Part shown: piece after piece, positions 9,289 through 17,397 of the stretch
Layout of the letters: every line of letters begins with the position of its first letter
How positions within the stretch are numbered: the stretch's first letter is position 1
Virus record (IMG/VR): IMGVR_UViG_3300005096_000005
Location: 32,001 to 96,000 of that record
DNA from: a virus
Strand: one strand, 5' to 3'
Length of the DNA: 64,000 nucleotides
Program-made: the position numbers and the translations under genes
Notes under the pieces: generated by a model
What the model was told of the DNA's origin: nothing
Seen by the model: the letters and a program-made list of their open reading frames with translations, nothing else
Databases searched by the model: none

Positions 9289-9620
9289 GCATTAAGGCTC
9301 AGAGAGTTGCTGTAGTCATTGAAAAAGCTATAGCAGAGCTGGAAGTTGTTGATGCGGCATGGAAGGAGTTCCAGAGAAGAACACGCGGACTGGCAGTTAT
9401 GCAGCCGGAGCTACTTGGACAGCCAGTTAATGTGTTGACAAATACAATGGACCGCTTCTATTCGCTCATATCAGGACAGAGTACTCACCCGGAAGTGAAA
9501 GTCCTGAACGTGACAGGAGAATCCTCACCGCAGTCAGCAGCTCAGATCGTAGTGGCGCAGAAGCGAAGGGGCGAGATTATCAGCACGCTTATGGACACAT
9601 ACATAGACAGTATGATATAA
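9261..9620 (+). CDS. Hypothetical protein
   Basis: GAGG RBS with GTG start; fills the operon gap. Confidence 0.65.
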   Translation: MEQCTNKELSIKAQRVAVVIEKAIAELEVVDAAWKEFQRRTRGLAVMQPELLGQPVNVLTNTMDRFYSLISGQSTHPEVKVLNVTGESSPQSAAQIVVAQKRRGEIISTLMDTYIDSMI

Positions 9621-9631
9621 AAGGAGGACAC

Positions 9632-10657
9632 ATGGACCTGAAAAGTATTAAAACAGCACTGGAAGCCCCGTTTCCAGCCGAAGCAGTGCACTGGAAACCT
9701 CAGGCTACAAATTATCAGAAAGGTACCGGACTTGCCGTCGCCTTCGCAGATCCAAGGTGCTATGAAGACAGACTGAACTATGTCTGTCCGAATGACTGGT
9801 CGATGGAGATCAGCCTGACTCACTATGCGTTTCCGATACAGAAACAAAACAAGAAAGGTGAATGGTACTGGACTATAGTGGGAACTGTAATGGCTACGTG
9901 TAGCCTGACCATTTGCGGTGTTACAAGAACCAGTACCGGCGAATCCCCGGCAGACGACCAGAATGCGGCAACATCCGCAGAAGCTCAAGCCTTCAAGAGA
10001 GCCTGCGTCAAATTCGGACTGGGTCGATACTTCTACAACTTCCCAAAAGTGTGGAAACAAATGGAACAGGGATGTAGAGCATTCACACAGCAGTCACTGA
10101 ATGAGCTTGCAGGAATAGCCCAACAGGCAATTCAGACATGGCAACAGGCTCAGAATAATCAGGTTCCCCCACCTCCGCTCCCGGAACCTGCACCAGTAAC
10201 GACAGAACCGCCAGTTCAGCCACCGGCACAACCACCGGCCCAGCCAGCAGCTCCGCCGGTTCAGCAGCAACCAGCTCAACAACCTCCCGTGCAGGCACCA
10301 GTGCAGCCGCCCGCACAGACACCGGCACAGGCGCCACCACAACAGCCACCAGTTACAACAGCAGGACCACACATCCCAGCTCAAGAAGGTCCGTGGCAGC
10401 GACCGGAGCACATGCACTTGACCGAAGAGCAAAAGGGAAACATGAAAGCCTTAAAAGCCCGCATGGGATGTAGCGACAACTCCGAGCTGGACTACTACGT
10501 CAAACAGTGGATGCCGGACGCCGAGCTTAAACTCAAAGAGCTTGGAGCACCACTCGGAACGCCACTGTTTAAGGCAATTATGCGCGATAATGTAGAAGCG
10601 TTCATTGCCTTCATGGACGACTATCTTAACAACCAGAACAGTGGAGGAGACTTCTAA
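9632..10657 (+). CDS. Rad52/Rad22-family single-strand annealing protein with Pro/Gln linker and C-terminal domain
   Basis: LEAPFP..AVHWKP...AFADPR..EDRLN and SAEAQAFKRACVKFGLGRYFY; AAGGAGG RBS. Confidence 0.88.
   Translation: MDLKSIKTALEAPFPAEAVHWKPQATNYQKGTGLAVAFADPRCYEDRLNYVCPNDWSMEISLTHYAFPIQKQNKKGEWYWTIVGTVMATCSLTICGVTRTSTGESPADDQNAATSAEAQAFKRACVKFGLGRYFYNFPKVWKQMEQGCRAFTQQSLNELAGIAQQAIQTWQQAQNNQVPPPPLPEPAPVTTEPPVQPPAQPPAQPAAPPVQQQPAQQPPVQAPVQPPAQTPAQAPPQQPPVTTAGPHIPAQEGPWQRPEHMHLTEEQKGNMKALKARMGCSDNSELDYYVKQWMPDAELKLKELGAPLGTPLFKAIMRDNVEAFIAFMDDYLNNQNSGGDF
10160..10360 (+). repeat. Imperfect 12-bp coding tandem repeats (QPPA/QPPV/QAPV) in the annealase linker
   Basis: cagccaccggca/caaccaccggcc/cagccgcccgca-type units. 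Confidence 0.7.
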
Positions 10658-11001
10658 TGCCAAGCGTACTTGGGATGACAGTCACTACGACCACAGCCTC
10701 CATATATATGAAGGCAAAGGCGAAGTATGGGGAGACTGCTCTCAAGGAGGCAAAGCGAATAGCGGAATCTGACGCAGTTCCTGAGTTTAGGACGACTACA
10801 GACAAAGTAAAGTACATGTGCAGAATCGCTGCGAATGTTAGGGCAGGGTGCGAGGTTATCAAGGAGGATGCGTTTCATTCAATTAGAGAGATGCAGCGTT
10901 CTACGATACCACGCATGCCTGCCTGGCTTCTTGAGCGCCACATGTCGGTAGATGACACTATTAGAAGGATCGAAGGAGCACTGAATGGCACAGAAAGATA
11001 G
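10657..11001 (+). CDS. Hypothetical protein upstream of helicase
   Basis: TAATG coupling to the annealase; GGAGGAG RBS. Confidence 0.7.
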   Translation: MPSVLGMTVTTTTASIYMKAKAKYGETALKEAKRIAESDAVPEFRTTTDKVKYMCRIAANVRAGCEVIKEDAFHSIREMQRSTIPRMPAWLLERHMSVDDTIRRIEGALNGTER

Positions 11002-12367
11002 CGAGTGGGGGTTGCTATGCTGTATAGTTAAAGATCCATCTATAGTTGCAGAGTGCGAGATGGCGGGCCTCGCAGAATGTGACTTCTTCTCCCCACTTTA
11101 CAGATACCTGTATGCTCGCATGTTCAAGCTGTATACAGACGGCTCCAAAACCATTGATGAAGTATCTCTCAGAACAAGCTGTGATGCGGGACTGGATGTT
11201 CTTTTGCGTTCCGAACAGGTAGAGAAGAACCGCCTGTTTACAGCCATGTTTACAAACCATGTATCACCGAGTAATGCGTCTGCATTCATTGATGATATTA
11301 TGGAACTGTCAATGCAGGCAGCCATAAATGAAAAGCTGAACGACTTTAACAGGGACAGAAACAACAACCTTATCATCACATCCGAACAGTTGATCACTGG
11401 AATGGAAGACGTCCTGCAGGGCGCGTACCAGCGTTTGACCTCAGAGCGCCCAACTGTAATTGGTGGTGGTTCCAACCTATTCGAACAGGTTCGATCGAGA
11501 GAACCTGCTCAGCTTACCGGACTGGCAACCCCATGGCCTACCCTGAACCATAAGATATCGGGACTTGGACCCGGTACAATTATGCTATGGGTCAGTCCTA
11601 CCGGTACAGGTAAGACAACATCCATGATCAATCTTATGAACAAGATTGCTATTACAGACAAGATACCAGCATTGTTCATAGGCACAGAGATGAATTACGA
11701 AGAGATAATGCTAAGGTCTCTGGCATGTCGCGCCGGTGTTAAAGAGAGAGACCTGCGCCTGAACCAGAATTGGCAAACAAGTGCTAAAACGGTTGAACAG
11801 GTCAGGAAGGCGTGCTATGATATGGATAGCACCGACACGTACCACTATCTGTGTATGCCGGAGTTCTCACTCTCTAAGATCAGAGGCCACGCGATCCGGA
11901 TGCAGATGAGGTATGGTATCAAGCTCCTCATATTCGACTACGTCAGCGAACCCGAGGACGCCGATACCAAGAGCAGGAAGGAGTGGCAAAACCTATCATC
12001 CTTCGTATGGCGAATGAAGGGCCTTGCTATAAAGCTCAATATCCCAATTGTAATTGTTGGTCAGACACCAATCATCACGGCCAGGGACTACATGACGCTC
12101 GACGATATTGCAATGGCAAAGTATATGAGCTTCCACTGCGACAATATCATCGGTGTCATCAACAAGAACTCAAACACACTGGCTTCGGAGAAAGCGTTGA
12201 ACATACAGAACATCGGTAACCAGAAGATGTACATCCTCAAAGCAAGACATGGTGGCGAGGAAGCTGGAAGCTCCGGCCATCGCTATATCAATATGAATTA
12301 TGAACGTCCTATACTCAGAATAACAGAAGGTTTGTTTCCACCAGATCAAAGGCAGGGCAAGAAATGA
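10985..12367 (+). CDS. dnaB: Replicative DNA helicase, DnaB family
   Basis: N-terminal SE.GLL..I/DFF...Y..LY domain; GLATPW; Walker A SPTGTGKT; GTEM; LIFDY; KARHG. Confidence 0.92.
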   Translation: MAQKDSEWGLLCCIVKDPSIVAECEMAGLAECDFFSPLYRYLYARMFKLYTDGSKTIDEVSLRTSCDAGLDVLLRSEQVEKNRLFTAMFTNHVSPSNASAFIDDIMELSMQAAINEKLNDFNRDRNNNLIITSEQLITGMEDVLQGAYQRLTSERPTVIGGGSNLFEQVRSREPAQLTGLATPWPTLNHKISGLGPGTIMLWVSPTGTGKTTSMINLMNKIAITDKIPALFIGTEMNYEEIMLRSLACRAGVKERDLRLNQNWQTSAKTVEQVRKACYDMDSTDTYHYLCMPEFSLSKIRGHAIRMQMRYGIKLLIFDYVSEPEDADTKSRKEWQNLSSFVWRMKGLAIKLNIPIVIVGQTPIITARDYMTLDDIAMAKYMSFHCDNIIGVINKNSNTLASEKALNIQNIGNQKMYILKARHGGEEAGSSGHRYINMNYERPILRITEGLFPPDQRQGKK

Positions 12368-12374
12368 GGACAAG

Positions 12375-12794
12375 ATGAGATTCACACCAGTGATGGCATT
12401 CGATGAGGTCAACGGAAGATGGAAAACGATAGGCGTATTCGCCGTCAATATCCATGGTATTGCCATCGTCAAGATCAACAAACGGGACCCACTTGTTGTA
12501 TCTACTCCCGCATATAGATCAATTGAAGAGGTCTATAACAAAGAGTTCGAAGAGGGAGAAGTAACATACTACAACAGGCCGCCCGGAGAGAATATGAGCG
12601 AGATTGTACATCTTAGTACGTCTGATGCTCAGTTCCTCGAAAAGTATGGAGAGCAACTAGAACAGCAGCGTAAGTTCCTCAGGCTTGGAGAGATCCGCGC
12701 AATTAAGTCGGAGAATATTACCGAGCACATGGACAGGCTGCTTCAGGAGGTAATACAAGATGGAGCTGGATCCGAGACAGCCACTAGCGGGTGA
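12375..12794 (+). CDS. Hypothetical protein
   Basis: GAGG RBS; lies in the operon. Confidence 0.7.
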   Translation: MRFTPVMAFDEVNGRWKTIGVFAVNIHGIAIVKINKRDPLVVSTPAYRSIEEVYNKEFEEGEVTYYNRPPGENMSEIVHLSTSDAQFLEKYGEQLEQQRKFLRLGEIRAIKSENITEHMDRLLQEVIQDGAGSETATSG

Positions 12795-13416
12795 TATATG
12801 GGACACATCTATTCCGGCAACAGCAGTTCATAGTATCACAGACACAGACCTATTACAAAGAGCTGAAGTTAGAATCAGCAGACATCCAGACTGGAATGGA
12901 TACTTCGTACTCCCATTGTACAAGATGTATCGTATTGAAACACAGGAAGATCGTGAAACGGTCATAAGAATCGAAGGGCCAAACTACCTCACTGAAGAAG
13001 ATACCGGGAACATTATAATTGACCATATAGGCGTCATCGGCGTCCAGTCCCAGGACATGTCGCTCATCCATACGAAGGATGTATTACCACAGCGTCATCT
13101 GTATGGTGCACATCTTTTCGACCCATTCAAAGGATATGCAGTAGTGACTAACAATCCTATGGACGCCATTCTTCTGATGTCCGTAGGAATAGAGAACGTT
13201 CTGGCTGCAATGCAGAAAGAATTATCGCCAGCACAGATATTGTGGTTGTCTAACCATGCCAGGCGTGGTATTATTCTTGTGAATACCGAGGCTCCGGATG
13301 AGATTCTCAAGACAGTACCCCTGTATAGGGAACCGATGCCTCTGGACATAACAAAGAAGGTTCGGCCAAAGCCGGCCGGGTTACAACAAAGAGTCATGGA
13401 GGTGACTAATGGCTGA
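12760..13416 (+). CDS. DnaG primase catalytic-core homolog lacking catalytic acids and Zn-binding domain
   Basis: HLYGAH...AVVTNNPMDAILLMSVGIENVLAAMQKELSPAQ aligns by eye to the DnaG Toprim consensus LYG..VVEGYMDVI.L...GI.NAVA.LGT.L...Q; GGAGGT RBS. Confidence 0.7.
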   Translation: MELDPRQPLAGDIWDTSIPATAVHSITDTDLLQRAEVRISRHPDWNGYFVLPLYKMYRIETQEDRETVIRIEGPNYLTEEDTGNIIIDHIGVIGVQSQDMSLIHTKDVLPQRHLYGAHLFDPFKGYAVVTNNPMDAILLMSVGIENVLAAMQKELSPAQILWLSNHARRGIILVNTEAPDEILKTVPLYREPMPLDITKKVRPKPAGLQQRVMEVTNG

Positions 13417-13945
13417 TGACAAAATGTATCAGGCACTAATGGAAAGGCAGGCCGATCTTGCAATAAACGGCCCCAAAATCGATCAGTGCCCAATCTGCGG
13501 CGGAGCTACAGGTCGACTCCCCTGGCAGACAAAGGAAGGTCTATTCGAACAGATATACGGGTACCATTACTCGTGTGCCAAACAGGCAGATGCGTCCCAG
13601 TATCTGGAGTTCGAAAAAGACTGGAACAAACTGCAGGAGATTGAAGCGAAAAAGAAAGGGAAACTGGCACCGCAGGCAGGTTCAGCAGGGGCAAAGATTC
13701 AACAGGCAGTAAGGCGTCGCCTGGAAGAAGAAGCGGGAAGAGCAGGTCATCCAAACAAGAGGGTCCAGCCTTCGCCGGCACAGAAGGACGCCCCAGCTAC
13801 GCAGCCAACTGCAGAACAACCAGCATCGGAATCCACGCCGGTGTCGGAAACTGAAGAGCAGAGGGCAAACAAAGTGGACGACGAACTCTCAACTCTCAAA
13901 GATGAGAATAAAGAGGACGGCGAAAAAACAAGAGAGAAGGAATAA
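13409..13945 (+). CDS. Hypothetical protein, N-terminal CxxC...HxxC, disordered C-terminus
   Basis: GGAGGTG RBS; CPIC and HYSC motifs. Confidence 0.7.
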   Translation: MADDKMYQALMERQADLAINGPKIDQCPICGGATGRLPWQTKEGLFEQIYGYHYSCAKQADASQYLEFEKDWNKLQEIEAKKKGKLAPQAGSAGAKIQQAVRRRLEEEAGRAGHPNKRVQPSPAQKDAPATQPTAEQPASESTPVSETEEQRANKVDDELSTLKDENKEDGEKTREKE

Positions 13946-13951
13946 CCTGGT

Positions 13952-14857
13952 ATGAACATTCTGGATCTGGTGGATGCAAACCTCGTCGAGCGAGAAGTGA
14001 AACGGCGGGAAGAGAGACTCAAAACCCAGAGGGAAGGGTTCTTCTGGCCATCGGAATGTTCCGTTCTTTACTATCCAGTCCCGGGAGACAATTCCATTGT
14101 AGACCCTATCGGGAGTTGTCGACGGAAAGTCTTCTGGCGCTGGATGAAAGAACCATGGACTAATCCATTGCATCCCGGCTCAATCAGAGTCATGACTATG
14201 GGAAAGGTAATTGAACAGCAGGAGCTGGATTGGTACTTTGAGTTCGGCATGGGTATTGCCAGGAACTTCAAGTTTCAGAATGCTCATCTCCGAATATCTG
14301 GAGAGGGAGACGCTCTTGTTTATGACCCCAATGCCGGTATCGTCGGTGTGGAAATCAAGAGCTTCTATGGCTACTATGCCCAGAAAGAAATCATGGGCAC
14401 AAGAAGCTCTCCCGGTTTCCCACGTCTGGATAACCTGCTACAGGTCATGTACTACCTGTTAGTCACTAAAATCCCACAATGGCGTATTGTCTACATCACC
14501 AGAGAGCACTTTGACCATCGCCAGTTTGCTATCGGACTGGACGAACACGGTTACGCAATTGTTGAGGATCGTGATAAGGACTTCAGTACGGTGTTCAAAG
14601 GTTTCTCAGTTCATGACTCAGTTCGAAGAATGCAGGAACTGTACGAGATGATAGCCAGGAAGCAACTCCCTCCCAGGGAGCTATTTGAAGTCTATCCCGC
14701 GGACGAGATCGAAAAGAGGTTCGCAAATGGACTCATCTCGAAAACCAGATACAACGACTGGAAAAAGTCCAGTGGAGAAAAAACTGTTGGAGACTGGCAA
14801 TGCAATCCCAAGTACTGTAATTGGTACTCGCTCTGCCAGCAGTCGTCGGCGTCGTAA
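13952..14857 (+). CDS. Cas4-like/AddB-like PD-(D/E)xK exonuclease with putative Fe-S ligands
   Basis: GSCRR; ISGEGD; VEIKS; QVMYY; C-terminal C....C......C. Confidence 0.85.
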   Translation: MNILDLVDANLVEREVKRREERLKTQREGFFWPSECSVLYYPVPGDNSIVDPIGSCRRKVFWRWMKEPWTNPLHPGSIRVMTMGKVIEQQELDWYFEFGMGIARNFKFQNAHLRISGEGDALVYDPNAGIVGVEIKSFYGYYAQKEIMGTRSSPGFPRLDNLLQVMYYLLVTKIPQWRIVYITREHFDHRQFAIGLDEHGYAIVEDRDKDFSTVFKGFSVHDSVRRMQELYEMIARKQLPPRELFEVYPADEIEKRFANGLISKTRYNDWKKSSGEKTVGDWQCNPKYCNWYSLCQQSSAS

Positions 14858-15215
14858 GAAGGCTCAGTATCAGCCGGTTACTACAGTAGAAGAGATTCTG
14901 AAACAGTTAATGAGTTTCAGAAACGGTGTACAGGATCTCGTTCATACAATGCTGTTTACGGGGCTTGATCCAAACAGTAACGCAAAGACAATGAAGACTC
15001 ACGTACGTGCTGCTGCGCGGCAGGAGAGCACGTTTCGAAAGCAGGTGTTTGCACTCTATAATAATGAGGTCGACCAGATTATGAGGTCGCTCAGAGCCTT
15101 CAGCGCAGTAGCTCCTTGCGAAAAGTGCAATTGCACTGGTAAACTGGGACAACTCGATGGTCCTCCAAAGCGTTGTCCAGTATGTAAAGGAACTGGTTGG
15201 GAACCATTGGTCTAA
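14787..15215 (+). CDS. Hypothetical protein with C-terminal DnaJ-type Zn finger (start uncertain)
   Basis: CEKCNCTG and CPVCKGTG (CxxCxGxG-like). A TTG start after GGAG is assumed; the frame is open from 14685. Confidence 0.6.
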   Translation: METGNAIPSTVIGTRSASSRRRRKKAQYQPVTTVEEILKQLMSFRNGVQDLVHTMLFTGLDPNSNAKTMKTHVRAAARQESTFRKQVFALYNNEVDQIMRSLRAFSAVAPCEKCNCTGKLGQLDGPPKRCPVCKGTGWEPLV

Positions 15216-16015
15216 TGGCCAGGACAGTTATCTTCAAACCATACCATGTGTTTGCATTTAACAGGTGCCCAATCCTGGCGTACATGAATGTCGATCTGAC
15301 ACCACCATACGCCAGATGTCTGAGAACAGCGTTACTGGACATTGCCAGAGGATACGCTAAAGATCCAGACTCTCCTCCATCTATGATGTACTATCTGAAT
15401 GAGTTCGATAAAGAGTGGAGAGTTGCAGATGGTGCACTGAAGACCTATGAACCAAGCAGGAAGGAGAAGCTCGCCAGCGGTGCTATGAGGCGTCTGGCTA
15501 CATGGTATGGCGACCTGGCTGTATGCAGAGACCAGCCACTGAAGATCCCGAAACTTGTGGGTGTAAACTCCATAAAGTTTCTTGGAACGTTCTACGAGCG
15601 CTCCGGAGAGTCATATCACCTGTACATAGATATCCCCCTGGATGTAATTCTTCATGACGACACGCTATTGAGCATGGGGGTCTATGGCGTTGGAGGTAGT
15701 CGCATCAATCCGTACATGACTCCATTGGCCATGCCACACGCATGGGCCACGCTCGTCTGGCACGCAGAGCACAGGTTACGAGACATGAGCCGGATTAAGC
15801 GGGTTATCAATATGTCTATTAAAGCGATTGATGGCCTGGAAAACTCTCTCAGGTATTATCTCAGAGGAATCCATAATGTACTGTCTGGTCCAATAATTGC
15901 CGGCCGATTCGCAACTACATGCAAACGATGCAATCGCTGCAATGGTAACTACTTCATAGAAACAGAAGGTGAAAATGGTTATGGAAAAGAGAAAGAGACC
16001 CAGGGTAATAATTGA
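15215..16015 (+). CDS. Probable catalytically degenerate Cas4/AddB-like protein
   Basis: TAATG coupling. N-terminal F.RCP and C-terminal CKRCNRC frame a core IPLDV...MGVYG that lacks (D/E)xK. Confidence 0.55.
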   Translation: MARTVIFKPYHVFAFNRCPILAYMNVDLTPPYARCLRTALLDIARGYAKDPDSPPSMMYYLNEFDKEWRVADGALKTYEPSRKEKLASGAMRRLATWYGDLAVCRDQPLKIPKLVGVNSIKFLGTFYERSGESYHLYIDIPLDVILHDDTLLSMGVYGVGGSRINPYMTPLAMPHAWATLVWHAEHRLRDMSRIKRVINMSIKAIDGLENSLRYYLRGIHNVLSGPIIAGRFATTCKRCNRCNGNYFIETEGENGYGKEKETQGNN

Positions 16016-16361
16016 TGGACAGGTAATCCGGTCTGAGTTCCAGGATATAGATTCCAGCGATGACAATATGGAAGTCGTTGAGATAGGAATGGAAGACCTG
16101 ATTACAGATGATGGGTCTGATGGGCAGGACCTGGTCGATATGACAACTGGAAAGACTGTCATTAAAGAGCGTGGTGGGAAACTAATTGTAAACGAAAGCC
16201 TCGGCATTATTGGGGGTGTAAAGAACGCCCCTGGTAGAAAGGCAATCTACCGGCTTGGAGAGGAAGAGGATGGCAAAACAAGGATCAGGAAAACCAAAGT
16301 CAAAAGCGGCAAAGAAAAGAGCAAGAAAAGCAGCAGAGCTGAAGGTAAAAAAGAGAAGTAA
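15975..16361 (+). CDS. Hypothetical protein (acidic N-half, basic C-tail)
   Basis: AGGTG RBS; fills the gap between two genes. Confidence 0.6.
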   Translation: MVMEKRKRPRVIIDGQVIRSEFQDIDSSDDNMEVVEIGMEDLITDDGSDGQDLVDMTTGKTVIKERGGKLIVNESLGIIGGVKNAPGRKAIYRLGEEEDGKTRIRKTKVKSGKEKSKKSSRAEGKKEK

Positions 16362-16908
16362 GAATCCATTCCTCATACTTGCGTTTGACACCGCATCACA
16401 TAATACTGGGTTTGCAGCTCGGATGAGTCATGACATCCTGATCCCCGGCCTTGAAACGTCCATTACATATGCAAACCTGCAGACCGAAAGCACTCACCTG
16501 GAGGTCAGATGCGGAAATATATATACAGAAGCCAAAGGTATATTCAACTACTTCCAACAGTGGAAGAATGACCACAACTACCAGGTTGTTGTAGTCATGG
16601 AACAGCCATTCAATAAGCGCTTTGTCGCTGTTTATGCAGCCTTACGGTGCGTACAGATAGCCGTTGCGTGTGCAGCCCACCAATATGAGTTCCCTATAAG
16701 ATACGTCACTCCAAATCAGTCACGAGCGGCATTGGATCTGCCGGCAGGAGCGGATAAAGCAGATATCCGTATGAAGATTCTAAAGAGATACAGTTCAACA
16801 GACTCGTCACTGGAATCTGCTGATGACAATATAACAGACGCAATAGCAATAGCTGATGCATTTGCTGCAGGATACTGTACTAATAAATCTATAAGGAGGA
16901 TTCGCTAA
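16270..16908 (+). CDS. ruvC: RuvC-like Holliday junction resolvase
   Basis: ILAFDTASHNTGFA; VVMEQP; VTPNQSR...ADKADI; DNITDAIAIA. Confidence 0.85.
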   Translation: MAKQGSGKPKSKAAKKRARKAAELKVKKRSKNPFLILAFDTASHNTGFAARMSHDILIPGLETSITYANLQTESTHLEVRCGNIYTEAKGIFNYFQQWKNDHNYQVVVVMEQPFNKRFVAVYAALRCVQIAVACAAHQYEFPIRYVTPNQSRAALDLPAGADKADIRMKILKRYSSTDSSLESADDNITDAIAIADAFAAGYCTNKSIRRIR

Positions 16909-17387
16909 TGGTACTACTATGTCCAATACTATGTGACAAGAACAACGGACAGAGAATGACTATTCTCATCAAGAGAGATAAGCCCGACTGGCAGAGAGGA
17001 AAGATGAACCTTCCAGGAGGACGGATTCGGGAAGACGAGGCTCCGTGGGTTGCTGCAAGCCGTGAGTTTCTGGAACACACTGGTATTGCAGTAGATCCCG
17101 GGGAACTCACCTACGTAGGAGCCATCACGAATACACTTTCTCTACGTCCTGAGTCCCTTGACAGGCCCGTATTCGTCTATACCGTTCGTCTGTCCGAAGA
17201 CGTTATCGACCAGCTTGCAGATGAGAAAGTAATGAAGACATGGTGTGGCGAGATTGTAGATGCCCTATGTCATCCGGACTTGATTCCCGATCTCACGTTC
17301 ATTATCCCAAGATGCATGGAGAGACTTGCCGGCTGGAACGAACGCTGCTCTCACACAATAGCAGGCAGCATGCAAGCTAAAAAGTAA
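16908..17387 (+). CDS. Nudix hydrolase
   Basis: KRDKPDWQRGKMNLPGG and Nudix box GRIREDEAPWVAASREFLEHTGI; TAATG coupling. Confidence 0.85.
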   Translation: MVLLCPILCDKNNGQRMTILIKRDKPDWQRGKMNLPGGRIREDEAPWVAASREFLEHTGIAVDPGELTYVGAITNTLSLRPESLDRPVFVYTVRLSEDVIDQLADEKVMKTWCGEIVDALCHPDLIPDLTFIIPRCMERLAGWNERCSHTIAGSMQAKK

Positions 17388-17397
17388 AGGAGACATC

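Noticed and set aside
2720-12367. Inteins or introns in dnaE or dnaB (and nearby recA/RNR)
   Set aside because: Lengths are normal, frames are uninterrupted, and no splice-junction or LAGLIDADG motifs were seen.
13952-14857. Cas4-like gene as a sign of CRISPR-Cas
   Set aside because: No array, cas1/cas2 or effector genes and no intergenic space; solo Cas4-like nucleases are common in phage replication modules.
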